Of a DNA stretch of 64,000 nucleotides, positions 33,737 through 48,136 are shown one piece after another. Position numbers and translations under genes: made by a program. The DNA comes from Trichoplax adhaerens. Lineage: Eukaryota > Animalia > Placozoa. The stretch lies in contig NW_002060952.1 of assembly GCF_000150275.1 (NCBI RefSeq), positions 1,601,927 to 1,665,926 on the forward strand, read 5' to 3'. Numbering within the stretch: the first letter of the stretch is position 1; each line of letters begins with the position of its first letter. Below the pieces are notes generated by a model that did no database searches, was not told where the DNA came from, and worked only from the letters and a program-made list of their open reading frames with translations.

Positions 33737-36700
33737 TTGAATAGATTTGCGTAATCTTAGCTAATATGGTAGAACTGATGATATCTTGATGTTGTTGTAT
33801 ACTAATTATTGTCGATATATGAATATGTTATGTTAAATGGATTGTTTGACAGTATCGGTAATATGTAATAATGATTACTATGACTTAATAGAATAATCTC
33901 ATACTATCCCTTAGTCGTAATCATGTGTAATGAGGTATCGAAGTTGTATTTGTTATTGTTATGTTCGATTATCATCGAGCCTTATAAAAGCGAGTGCGCT
34001 GCGCAAAAGGCTCTAGTTGTTGTAGTTCTCCAGTTCGTAAGTCGTCTTTACGTAAGATGAAAGGGCATTTAAGTCATAAGTTTGCTTAAGGACTTTTATC
34101 TTGCGTTTCCTTGCCACAAACAATTCCGGTTTGTGACAATAGTATAGGTCATATATTTTAGTGTGTAAATTTGAGTTAAATATCTAATCTCCATTACACG
34201 CTTTTTCTTCGTTCTTGGCTATATAAGATATAATAACAAATGTCGTTATAACGATTCCGTGACCATCCCAGTAATAATAACGTACAAGTATGTGTCTTAT
34301 TTTTATATCAGTTAGCAAAATTTCCCGGTAGACTTCTCATCTAGTGAGCAATATTTATACCGAAGTGGAATATGGAGGCATAAAGAATTTCTTTGGTATA
34401 TCAAGTCAACTATTATTGTGAATCAGTTACTAGAACTAAACTATGTTTTAGTAGATACCCCGAAAACTAGATGATTATAAATATTTTGTTCATATTCAAA
34501 GTTTGCTACTAGATTAAGTATCTTTTAATAGAGAGTTTAAATTTTACATTTAGATATCAGCAGTGTTGCATATTTTTACCGCTATTATGAAGAATAATTC
34601 AATTTCCATCACTTTTCATCATGCATTATATGCCTATATAGTTCACAAACAATATTAGACGGAAACTTGTAAAATCAATTAATATAGACTATAACCAACG
34701 TTTAAATATCGCCAATAATATATATTCAGGGAATTAAAGCTGTTTGGTTAATAAATACCTTGTAACTTAGTAAGTAAATCTTTAAGCCTAATAAAAACAT
34801 TTAATAGACCATTCGTCAAATCGCTAATTTTATACAGTATTAATTATCATATTACACTGCTGGTGTAGTTTCCAACTATAGCATCATTATAGCGCCTTTG
34901 CAAATATGCAAAGCCTTCTCTCATTCATATTAAGAGCAGCCCAGCAGGATTCTATTGCCTCTTTGATAAGTTTATGATAGATTGCTTAATGTGGAATATT
35001 AGATTCATGATTATTAGAATAATATTCGTATGGAATAGTTTCAGCAGATTAACTGAACAGCCAGGTAAATATTTCAAAACTAGATGATACTAGTCTAAAA
35101 CGAGTACAAAATAAAAATAAATCTTTAAATTATCATAATTATTGTACTTTGCTCTTTCTGTATTTTAATTACGCTCTTCTACAGGAAGTAGAATGACGCG
35201 GCTTCTCCTTTGCAATTATATTAATTAATACAACTAAAGTACTGTCACTACATTAGGATATTTGGGTAAAATTATAAAATTAGCTACAGTAAATGAGTTA
35301 ATTCAAGCTTTCAATATACGAAATAAAAATGAAATTTACGATGATAATTATAAAATCCTATAGCAATATTTAATTTAAATTTTAAAATTAGAATTTGCAT
35401 TTAACGTCAGTTCGTATTCTTACGTAAAAGATGCAATTTAGATAAAAGATTCTATAAACATTACTGAATGATATCAAACGTTATTTACTTTGTCAAAATA
35501 AATACAAAATCAATTTTCATTGTACAAGTAATATCGCATTTCGATGGTTATACATAACAAAGTTTTTCAATTACATCGGAATCTATAGATATTATTACGT
35601 AACTATTCTACTATAAATGATCGTACATCAATTAACACAATTTAACCCTAAAACGAACATAATAAGCGCAGATTGACTTTCTGATGAGATGGTTGATGGA
35701 AATAAGCAAATTTTTAATTATCAAGCAAAAGCAAGAGTAAATCATTTTGATAAAGATTGATAATTAATTGTACAAGAATGGAAATAGTAAATGACTGTGA
35801 TACAAATTATTACCCATACGAACAGTAAATATAAAGCAATGAAGAACTTGTAGAAAACTATTTTAATACGTGAATTTCTTTAAGCCATCGATCCAGCTTA
35901 GATAATACTATTAAAGAAGTGCTGAGATTTTATTAGTGTTATCAAAAATGTTAAATTAAAAAAATTGTATTTAACCGTTTTGCCTATGGGTAATTGTCAG
36001 ATCTAGGGTGGCGTGAGTACATTTCTACATCATATTAGTTACATCCGTATAGCAAATTTTGAAAATTTTATCGATATTCAATTAATAAAAGTGAAACTTA
36101 TTACCAAAGCTTCTCTTTAACTTTAGGTCATCAATACAAAGATATTTGTTTTAGTTGGTGAACGCGAATATGTCCCAGTTATCAAGTTTTAGCGATAAAT
36201 ACTTAAAAATATCATTATTTTCACATGCTACGACATATGTTTTTAATAATTAGTGAGCATTAGTGCAAAATCAAACCGATTTATTTTATTTTAATTCCAA
36301 AAACCAGAATGAAAATATAATAACTCAGAAAATTCTGAAATAATAAGTGCTTACTTCATACTTACTGAATAAAGGGAAAACTTTGACATGGCTTCTAGAT
36401 TCTTATCAGTCTTGTGTTTGATATTATTCGCATTCGAATTATAAATACTGGTATCAACTGCTAGAATATAAAGCAAGTGAGCTAAAAAAGGTAGGATAAT
36501 TCATTGACTGTCTGGAAATATTCACTTACTGTAGTCTTAATCAAATGGTATTATTAAAGCATTTCATCTTGTGAAATATTATATAGTTTAGTATTGGTAA
36601 TTGTTACCATGCTTGTAAAATAAATACTTGACTATAACAAAGTCGTCACTAAATCACTATTGATCATTGAGGACAATAAGCGGCAATCATTTCTGTTGCG

Positions 36701-39700
36701 AGTTGTTTATCATAAATAATTACTACTATCATTATATTCCAGTAAAATGGTTCCTAAATTTTTATCATTTATCGGACTAAAGGCTTCAGACAATAGAATT
36801 GACTAACTATGAATAAAATTGTTACTTCACGAACGATAGGCCCTCAAACAATATATGAAATAGAATTATATTATCAATTACAGTCATCTAATTAAATACT
36901 TAACGATTATTATTTGCAATCAACTAATTAATCAAGTTTAATCGAGTTCGGAATGAATAATGTGTCGTATTGCATTCTCATTCCAAGGTAAGTGTCATTT
37001 GTATTTAACATCTGTTTCAAATTGATTCGTTTTTAGTACGTGGCAGATAAATTTATTTAACATCCGTTTTAGTAGAGTTTTAATTGGGGCTGAGAAACTG
37101 GTAGTAGCTTGATGACCATGTAAATAATAAAATATTTACGCAAATTAGCAATAATTACGGTATTACTGGCAGCGTGAGCTTCTTATCACGTTAACGAAAG
37201 TTAATTAGTAAAGTATTTAGACGATATCACTTTTAAGTATTTATGAAGTATTGTAATGTAGGCCACATTTTACCTTTTAATGCGTTATTAACATTCCGTA
37301 CTTCTACATTATATTGCTAGCAAGCAGAATCATAGTAGTTAATTATAAAGAATAGCGTTTTTTGCATTCAATGATATGATTAGTAATTACATTTCTAACT
37401 AATTTTCGACTTTCACCTCATGCAGTCAGATGATCTATCGGAAATCCATTCAGAATGTTATTTTCTTTAGAGAAGACGATTGCCATTATAATGCGTCATA
37501 CAATGCAGGTTGATATTCTGATCATCTTAACAGATATGATAAGCTAAATAGATCTCAATTTCCTGATATACTATAAGAAAAATACTAAAAATAACTGTTG
37601 ATCCAGTTGATTCTTTTAAATTGAATTCTATCGTTACAATTTTGATATTTTCTAGCAAATATTGTAGTTTGCTTAAGTATAATTCTTATAAGATTCAGAT
37701 TTTATACTTATTAATAGTTTCTGATTAATATGAAATTTAATAAATGGCAAATGTAAAATTTAAGTGTTTACTTGCCTAAGTTAATTTATTTAGGATCAAG
37801 TAAAATCTTAAAATTGAAGCCATTAATAATGGTTAATACCTATTACTGAAAAAAGACTATTTAGCGATGCTATGGAAACCTTTTATAAGCTATATATGGT
37901 GCGTTACTTTCATACTAGAGCTATATTTTCGACTACTCGACCACAACAATATATGAAAAGTTTTAAGTTTTTATAGTATAACAGTTTCTAGGAAGTAAAA
38001 TTGAGTATACTGCCAATCATTCTGAAAGTGCCCAAAATCTAACTAAAAATTAAACAGAGTATAATTATATTTCTAATGTTATTCACTTTTTAAAGAAACG
38101 TTAATCATTTCCATTATTTGCGCGAGTCTAAGAATATCGTAAATGTTATGATTTCAATCCATTTTCATGTATTAAGCTTTTTTAAAGCTGGTACAAATGA
38201 ACAACAATATATTTACACATACCGTACTACTAAAGAACCTTAAGATTGATGTCCGTATGATAAATGCCAATTTCTAGCCTTCATTGATATAACGTGCAGT
38301 ATAGTAAGCCTTGCGAAAGATAAACGAGGTCATGTAGGGCAAGCTATCTACTTTCTCAAACTGTAAATGTCTTGATTAAAATTCATATTTATATCATCTT
38401 GATGAGTTGGCTTTATTGCGTCTTATCTAATAAAATTCTGCATAATATTATTTCGTATATCATCTAGAAAGGATTAAATCCTGATGAAAAATCAATATTT
38501 TTTTCAATAGAGGATATATAGGTGACAAAACTAGAGGTCAAAGAGTGAGTAGATATGACCATGGTATACTAGAGCCATGCGGAGTGCAAATATTATACAA
38601 TGAAAATTAATAATATAGGAAGATGGATATATAAAACCATTTTTTAAAATTAGCTTTAATAGATCGCTCTAAGTCAGGTTTATCGCAGATAAAGTACGGT
38701 ACATGCTAATATCTACGTAGGTGTATGAAATATTTACATATGCAGTTAAAACGTATTGAATAAACTCACAGTCGGGTAAATTAATATCAAACTTTATGAT
38801 CTTAGTAGTTTGATAGTACATAGGAGGGTGCAAAATGTAAATTCGACGGGAAGTAATCCTATCTATTTGAGATCGTTGCAAAAAGGCATTCAATACTGTA
38901 AATACTGAATTCTAAACCTATAATACATATATGTCCTAGGAAATAAATTGTGTACCATTACAGAATGATCGGCTTTTAAGTCGTAGTATATTTTTTTCTC
39001 TAACAAACATTAAGAAAGATGTTTCCATCTTATCGGAATTTTGATGTATAGCTTAATATAAGATCAAAAATCTTGACAATGCTTATGTAGGAAAACGAGA
39101 TTACGCAGAGCCCCGAGTAAATAAGATAGTAGATTAGTGGTGTTAGGGGCACTCTATTAGGCTTATATAGAAATGTATAAACGGCCCACTCCTTGGAGCA
39201 GGAGTAGGTCGGTAGCCCTGAGCAAATTGTGCGTGTGTAGTTGCGTCATCTAAGTGTAATAATTTAGCTTAATTTTGCTAAGATACACTAAGGTTGGTGA
39301 CACTTTGAACCAAGATAGAGATTAGGGGAAAAACACCAGTTTATTTAATATATTTTACTTTATAAATTAAAAAGCCGTTTAAGTGAGTCTTGCAATAGGT
39401 ATAACATTATACTGTCTGACACAATCCTTCCACTATCATCTACACTAATTTGGATATTACTTGCAAGTCCTACACTAAAATTTTAAATCATCTTATAATA
39501 CATTATTAAATAAAGAAATATTCTATGAAGGGGAATACTAAATATTAACCTTCATTACATAAGTTCTACTACTGTAAATTTCAACAGTAATATTTTTAAG
39601 TAATAAACTTTTTTTAACTGCCGCATAGTCGGACAATTCCTTGTGTGACTAGATGCCGTAGGGTTCAATCGGACATTTTAATAAAATAGCTTCTAGAATA

Positions 39701-41013
39701 AAGTTTTGATCCTTAACGTGAGTAATCTATCGTCTAAGACTCGAATCTAAGTTTGGTTGATTAAAGAGTGCTTAGAGTTAGTTGCTTAGATAGTTAAGTC
39801 TACTTTAGAGGAAAGAATCCCGTTTAATTCTTGTGTTACAATCTCGGTTGTGACACAGCCTAATTTCAGAACGCTCTTAGGATGAGAACTAAATCTTATT
39901 TTTCTTTGTAAACTTTTACTGCTCTTCTATCAATATTATATAGCTACTGTACTGTATCAACTATTAGTGATGTAAGGTGCTCTTACTTAAGTAACTCCAT
40001 TATACTTCGTGGACAATTTCCTATTGGTTTACCGTAATAAAATTTAAAAAACGTATTATAAAAGATGCGTAGAAAAGAATAAATTTATTTCTCTTTTCTC
40101 TATCTTAATTGCCTAATTACTATATGCTTGTAATGAAATGAAATATGTAGAGATCAAGCTACGAAACTTTAACAAACTTTGATTCTACTTTCGTTGCACT
40201 CCGGTCGACTTAACGCTAATACTTTGACACCAAATAAAATTTGGGGAAATAACCGAACAACAATTTATTTCAAAACAAAAATGGAGAGAAGTATAAACCG
40301 AACAACCTTACAAATACTTAGCTTTAAGTATTATTAAAATAAATGACAGACAAAAAAAAAACTGTTAACGACCAAACAACCTTTCAAAAAGAAGAACGTT
40401 TTAACTTACGACAATTCGACCCCGAAGGCCTTTTAAATTCAACAAGTTCTTCAAATAAAATCTTCTTCTACTCTCCCTCTAAATTTTCTAATTGCACTAT
40501 CATTTATAGGCTTCGTAGAGCCGTCAGAGGTATTTAAAACTAAACATTTGCTAACCAATCGCTCTTAAGATCCGTTTTAGAAAACTACTTTGCACCATTT
40601 AAGAAAACAAAAATCATTCAAAGTTCAGACACAATTTACCCTACGATTCCCTTACAAAACACTATAAAAGTAACAAGCTAACTATAAAAATACATCAAAC
40701 TTCATTTCTAACATAATTTCTATCATTAATACACTATAAAAGTCTAAAAATCAACCTTTAAACATCAAGATTTAGTCATAAAAACAACATTCTAACTACC
40801 TAACAATCAACACAACCTCTACCAATTTCCATCTTATTTTCTATTTTCCTCACTAAATCTCCTAATGTGACTTCAAGTCACGTCATAAAATTCCAAAGTT
40901 TCAAATTCATGACAAAAAGTCCAAATCTCAAAATCAACTCCTACGATATTTTTCATGAACAAAAATCCAAAAATTAAAACAGAAAAATTATAATTCAGAC
41001 ATAAATTAAAAAT

Positions 41014-41103
41014 AAACCCGACCGGTTCCAAAACAGGAAAATTATATCGGACACAAACCCGACCGGTCCCAGAATCCGAAAACTATATCGGACACAAATC
41101 CGG
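41014..41103 (+). repeat. 41-bp tandem repeat, about 2.2 copies
   Basis: AAACCCGACCGGT.CCA.AA...GAAAA.TATATCGGACAC at 41014-41054 and 41055-41095. Confidence 0.85.
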
Positions 41104-44100
41104 AAAAATTCGCTTTTTATGAAGATCACAGTAATCGCTTATCAAAAAAATTTATATGACTACTACGACTACTTTTCTGACATTAATATCGCTTAGTATT
41201 CGCGAGTATTGACAGTTGATGTTTTAGCGTCAGATTGTACTGTAACTGTACGAGTATAGACTACATTACAGTACTTTATCGTCATGTTATAAATCCCCTT
41301 TCTCTAAGGATAGGGTTTTGCTACTAAGTCAAATTTCTTTACAATTTGAATAGACGATCAAACGCCCTTTCTTTAGATTAGGCATTTGCTCTATAGGGCT
41401 ACTTCTATAGTAATCTATATAATACCTTGCAAAATAATGAAGAAGAAAAGATGGCGACATGATGATTTGGCAGGGGAAAACTTAAAGACACTATCACTTT
41501 CTAGGTATTTCTATAGTAAAATAATACTAATTACATACTAAAAACTACAAAGGACTCTACTTTTAGTCCTTTTACTACATACTTTTATACTTTCTAAAAT
41601 TTACAAACAGGTTACAATACTAGTTAATCTAATACATTTGTACATTAACATATCAAAAATATCAATTATTGTAATATAAGATATCTGTTGCGAATGTACA
41701 ATGCTTCAATGCGAAATATCAATTATAGCAATATTAAGCTTAACTCAAGATAACCATTCATACAATACTTTAATGAAAAACATCAATTATTAAAATGTCT
41801 TAAAGCAATATTTCAATTATTATTATAACTGTAATTCTATGTTCTTGACGCAGTAATTATGGTACCGTAATAGGTATTTATTTATTTTTCGAACTCATAC
41901 AGATAGCTACCTGCGTACGGTTAGCGATATGAACTAGTTTGCAAAGTCACGGACTTCTAAGTTATATTTTTAGAGGCGCACCGATTAGTATTTGGGTCTT
42001 TTAACCATGAAGGAGGTATTTATATTGCTGGCAAGATGACTAAAAGAGCATGTCGAGAGGCAAACTTATTCTATGTTGTTCTCATTCCCAAGCTAATATT
42101 AACAATTTTATGCTTGTCGTAAGTAATACTTTGTGCTTACATCGTTTTTGATTAATTTCATTTTGGAAGAGTATTTCGCTAAGCATGTAATACTATAATG
42201 CACCTAAATGTTATGTTTGAAGCAGGTTGGTACTTACAAATGAATCATATTTTTAAAGGTATCTTAACACAGACTATTACATTTGATAAAGTCAATCACA
42301 AAGTATGCTATGATTTTGTATAGCAATTATACTATAGTACGGTAACTAGATCCATACTGTAGCTTAAGGATAGGTTATTTATAATTGCCAGACACGCTGA
42401 GGTTCTGTTGTTGCTAAGTACTCATTTAACTGGAAGGTATTTGAATGAATTGAACTTGTAGTAATAAAAATCATTCCAAGCTATCCAAGTTGAAATGCTT
42501 AGTGTCTCGTAGTGAACAACTATCGGTGATAACTATCGGAGTACCTAAGAACTGCCAGGCTTTCATGCCCTAGAACGCTCGTCATAACAAAGTAGCCTCG
42601 ATAATTTTTGGGCTATTAATAATTTAATAATAGTTAATGTTATCGTACCTTGACTCATGATCATTATTGGCTAGTTATAACTTTGAATAGATTCAAAGAT
42701 GGGAGTAATATCTGATTTATAGTTATCTTTTAGCATCGTACTATATGATAAGTTAAAAAATAGTGCTTTTTGTCGTGAACTGGGTATTACGTCAACTGGA
42801 GAGAAAGCTATTACGAATGATTATTAGTATACCTATTATGATAGTAACGCAACTGAATAAAAAAACGGCTACAAAGGAGATACTTATTTATATCAACAGT
42901 ATTATTTACACTTTATAATCCTTTACTGGCTAGGAATACGAATTTAAAGCTGCTAAATTTCAAGCTAGTAGAAACTGACAGAACGAAATACCAGTATAAT
43001 ACCACAGGCTAAATCATGAAGAACTCGGAAATTTTACTCTCGCTTAAGATAATTCTTTACTAAACCGTCGCTAATTATAAAAGTGGTTGAGTAACGGGCC
43101 ATTTCATCTTTTAAGTAATGCATTGAAATATTTAGTATTGGATCAGATTTAGAAGATTTCATTTTTAAAACTGATACGAGTATATTTGAAATTCGTTCAT
43201 ATAAAAATACAGCAAATAAGGTAGGTTAGGATTTTGGAGATTAATGGAAAGATTCTTGCATTTAATTTAAAACAGCCTAATAATAATGGGCCTGAAAGCA
43301 CATGTTTGCGCTCAAAGCAATATATTGTTATTGGATCAAATTGATTTTTAGTTCAATTACTTAAATTACAGTCTAATGAGATCATTCTGAAAGTTCATAC
43401 CAATAATTAATTCGTAGGATGAAATTTTAATTTTTACTAGGCTTTAACAACTGAAAGTTATGACGAGGCTACATTGCTAAGAATAGAAATCATAAACCAA
43501 TATATTACCCATATGAGTTCATTCGATGTGTTGTAAATGCCTATTTGACTGTCTAGAGATAATACCGCATTTACTTGAGAGTCTTCATTGCTCAGTATTG
43601 CACTAGAAAGGCAACAATATCTAAGATTTATTTGGTCGAAGTACTACAAGATATTGCTAAATCGAATGTAATTTTATTAACTGCACAATTAATAATGACT
43701 AGAAACAGTGCTCTATTCAATGTTGCAATTTTGCAAAACATGCCATCCTTAACATATTTTAATCTTCTTCTGCACCTTTAATGCCGAATCTCAAATGTAA
43801 AAATTTGTTAAATTGAGCCAATTAAGTTATTGTTACGGAATAACTTTAGTGTAGCTGTAATATGCACTTCCTTTAGCCCTACGATATCTGGTTACCCGAT
43901 GATTATTCCTCAGTGTAGCGGTTAAAAATAGTTTATTACTTAAAATTTACTATTGAACACTAAAGTAGTAGAACTTCAGATTACGCAGCTAGACACAGCT
44001 AGCTCGAAGGCTATCGACTCCCTTCGTCTCTAAAAGAGTCGGCTTTTAATACATTTCTTGAAGGCCTATTGACAAATATGTTTATTGAATCCCTCTTGCA

Positions 44101-44162
44101 GTCAATTCAAGTAAAATTCTATTTAACCTATCCTATAATATTCCCTACGCTACTCAATATGG

Positions 44163-44373
44163 TGTCACAAGTCCCCACTTGTGATTTGGTTAGGTCAAGT
44201 GCTATGGCAATTGTGTAAGGCTTCCACTGACTTGGAAGTCTTCTGACTCTCTTAACATTAGGACTAACATCTCAAACATCATCCACTAACTATTTACGAT
44301 GAACATAACTCTTAATAGGTGATTCTAACACCCTAGTCTACTGTACTATCTTATTTATCACTATCGGGGCCTC
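44163..44373 (+). mobile_element. Dispersed repeat family 1 copy starting TGTCACA (LTR-like end); 44312-44373 matches 39107-39170 inverted
   Basis: Shared block with 16704-16782; the reverse complement of 44312-44373 resembles GCCCCGA..TAAATAAGATAGTA..TAG.GGTGTTAG at 39107-39170. Confidence 0.6.
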
Positions 44374-47300
44374 ACTATAACCTACTTTCCAGGAGTAGCG
44401 AAGTTATCATAAGATTACTTATCTACAAATGTGTTGATATTAATTTATCTATGACGTTTTCATATGCTTCCAATAGATAACATCTTAGCATTATAATTTA
44501 TCTAAGTACTGATAATTACATATTTTGTATATTGATTATAAATTGGTTGGCATTTTAATAAAAGTTTAGGTTTAGTTTAGTCTAATAGGAGATCGTTAGT
44601 ATTTACTGTGGAGTCGTATTGTGGGTAGATGTCGGGGAGGATAATTCTGATAATAGATTTCCAGTGTTAAGTTTTAATTTTTCTCGATACAAGATTAAAT
44701 TTTCATTGTTATTTGCTGATTTAATACAATAGCACACAATTTACTTCGGTTGGAAGTAGAATGTAAATAAACACAAACCAACTTGATCGAGTTAATACTA
44801 GTAGATGGAGGATCTCTAATATCGCCTTAAATTGAGGTTAAGAATAAAAATGCGATTGCTTTGAGAACATTTTAGTAATTTTGAAAGGCAATAACTTATG
44901 GCCATGTCGCGAGGCAATTTTGTAACAGTAACAATTTTGTTTAATGACTTTACATGAAATTCAACGATAACAAATTTGTTTATTCTTATACATGTGTTTT
45001 ATAGATATTAGAGTATTTCTATAGAGTTATCATAGCAATGGTAACTGATGTTTATGTAGTTTCATTACATATTGGTGTTTATTTCAATGAACGATTGAGT
45101 TTCATAGACTATTTCGTGTGGAGGTGTATACTGATAAAATATAGTCTTCTGGTAATAAAAAACTTTCAGTAATATCAGTTTTATAACGGATTCTTTACAG
45201 TACTAGAGAGAACAAGTCAGGCCGCGGACTTAGTATTTTGCTATAGTTGCAAACTTTATATGTAAGAACGTGTACGAAAGGAACTTAAGCCTACGACATT
45301 AAATGATTCGCTATTTTATTGTTAATGCGCTAGCGGTAATTACTTTAAAATTAGCTATCACATTCCATTCAATCTTCTGCTTTCGTTATAGTCAATCATG
45401 CCAGTATTTTATGTAATGAAGTGTAGGCACATGGCAATTTGCAAAAATAGAGCCGCCATTTTAGGCTATCCATTCATTTTTTTAATAAATGAAGAAGAAA
45501 ATAATATGTTGTTGCGTCGAACCGTTAGTCATAAATTCTAAACTTCTTACACTTTTAGTTTACAATAATTAAGATTTGATTGGCTGCGTTGCTCAGCAGT
45601 CTGCTGCGTTGGGATAAGAATAATTTGTTGCATTTGTACGTAGAATTATGCATTAAAAGAAAACAATTGTTTACTGAATGATACAAAAAATAAACATAGA
45701 TTTGAATGAGATTAATTGTTGGTATAGATTTCCAAGTTGATTATAGAATCTGTGTTACTGAACTGGCTGAATTGATCGTAAAGTTATTCTTTCTGCCAAG
45801 TTGAAGTGAAAAATTTAATGGAAGAATAGGCTTAAGCATTTCTGTATTTCACTGTCAAGCCTTGGTCCTCGATTATATTTCAGTGATAGACTAATATCTC
45901 TGAAATCTTACTTTGAAATAGTTTCAAAAGATATTGCGCTAGTAAACAACTTTTATTAGACTAAGCTTGAATAGAATGAATTTATCAGCATCAACTCGTT
46001 CTATAAAATCGATTTCGATGGACTGGTGATTAGCCTATAATAAAATATTAAAAGTGAATCGCCATTGTTGAAATATAGGATAGCTTTGATTCTGTTAAGT
46101 TAATCCGTCTTATCGGCAATTTCTTTTTTGAATGTTTTAGTTGTATAGTCTCGAATATAATAACGAGTAAATTCTATAGTGTCAACCTAGTCGCTCGCGA
46201 AAATTGATCATTATTATTTCTTGGAAACGGTAACAATTAAAGCAAAATCACTAAAGCATTAAAGCAAAATTTTTAATAAAGTCATTGCACCTTACTGACG
46301 TTTTGTGATTGATAATTGACTAGAAATGAATTGTTACTTTACTCTTTTATAATAATGAACAATATTTAGTCTGCTACAATAATAATTATATAATGCATCT
46401 AACAAAATGTAAACGCCATTATCTCATAAAATTTGAGGCATTTTATCTATCATTGTTTAGAAGTATCATAATATAAGAAATACGCTGAAAACTTTTATAG
46501 AACATACGAGCATCGATGAATTACAAAAGCAGAATTTTGTATTTTTATCCCGCATATTAGCGAGTGACGAAGTGAATCTAAGATTGATGAATCATGTCTT
46601 ATAGACCAATTCGTAAGGTAAGCAGCAAAACTAGTTACTATTAAAATTTAGGATCTGTTTTTACAAATTTGCTCGATGATATATAATCTACACTAGATTG
46701 ATATAATGACAGCCCTGCTATTTGCACTTGACCATTAAATATTATATCATACCTGAATATTTCCCTTAACACGGCAAACATTATGCATTATCGGCCGATT
46801 TCAGAGAAACTTTCTCCGTTTTATGAATTAAAATGCTTTGACGCTGTTACTTACTTTAGTACTCAATAATGTACTTTACTTTAATTTAAGAACTCTGACT
46901 AATCTCGAAATGTGCGATTCGAATAGATAAGTTAACAATAAACTAAAATAACTTCTCAGGCATTGCGAGATTCCTAAAAGCGTCTTTAATAAACTGTTTC
47001 ATATATTATACTCTATAAATTGATGACATGCTAAAGTTGTCTGGCAATTTACGAATTACTGCAATGATACAAACTTAAGCGTAATCTATGGTTTTAACAG
47101 AAAATGAAATCATTTAGAATTCAAACCGTGCTTTCCGAGAATTATTTAATTTCGATTACCGTAATTTTTAGCCCTTATTCTTGCAAAAATGTCTTTTCAG
47201 TTATTCTATTTCATCATTCATGCAGCTGTCTTTATTTTTATTGAAAAATTCTTCAAAGATGGATATATGTGACTTGCTGTCGCTATCAGAAAAACTTTTG

Positions 47301-48136
47301 TTGAAAATAATACTATAATATTTTATTGAAAAACAAGAGGCATATTATTGACTATTACAAAATACCCTAATTTTGTGTTATAAGCTATAGCTATAGCTGA
47401 TTTAATGTAATCTTAGGATTGTTAATAGCTATCATTCTTGAATGTTGAAATATTAATCAATTTTTTAAGATTCAACTTATTTTACTGTTATTTGCATACT
47501 CTTATTTTCTTAGAATAGCTATTAGATCATCGTTATTTATCACTTTATGCTATAGAAAGCGCACTTTTAGTAAAATTTTTACCTAAAACTAAGATACTAT
47601 ATAATACAAAATACTTTAGATAACTTCAAAAAAAGGTAGATAGACGGTTATTTTCCGCTATAATATTTAATGATAACGACAATAATGTAATATAAGCAAA
47701 CATACGTATATTGGATCTATTATTAATACAGAAAGTTGGGAAATGAAATTATGATCAAATTTCAAGGAATAAATACTGGTGTATTGGCTAAAGCAGAAAA
47801 ATTGACGAAGTATAATATATAAAAGAATCTATGCAATATGTATGGATACGATACAGATGTTACCGTTCAGTAGTTTTAACGTATTGTATGAGAACTATTT
47901 CATTCACAGATGCTAGAAACTCTCGAAATACTCTTACTAATGTATTAATTGGACTACTTCTAAACAATATCTGTTAGTCCTACGTTACTCTTTATTTGAG
48001 ACCAATTAATTATCCAAAACGATGTTGAATATTATTTGACCTTACGATCTAAGTAAGACAATATAGATCACGATGGATCTCACTAAGGATCTCTAGATTT
48101 CACTACTGAAAGTAACTAAATCAAACAGCGCACAGG

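Noticed and set aside
41014-41103. CRISPR-like repeats
   Set aside because: Head-to-tail tandem units without unique spacers, only ~2 copies, eukaryotic context and no cas genes.
38669-43781. Short ORFs 38669-38893, 40343-40537 and 43575-43781
   Set aside because: No domain similarity; 40343-40537 lies in a compositionally biased island.
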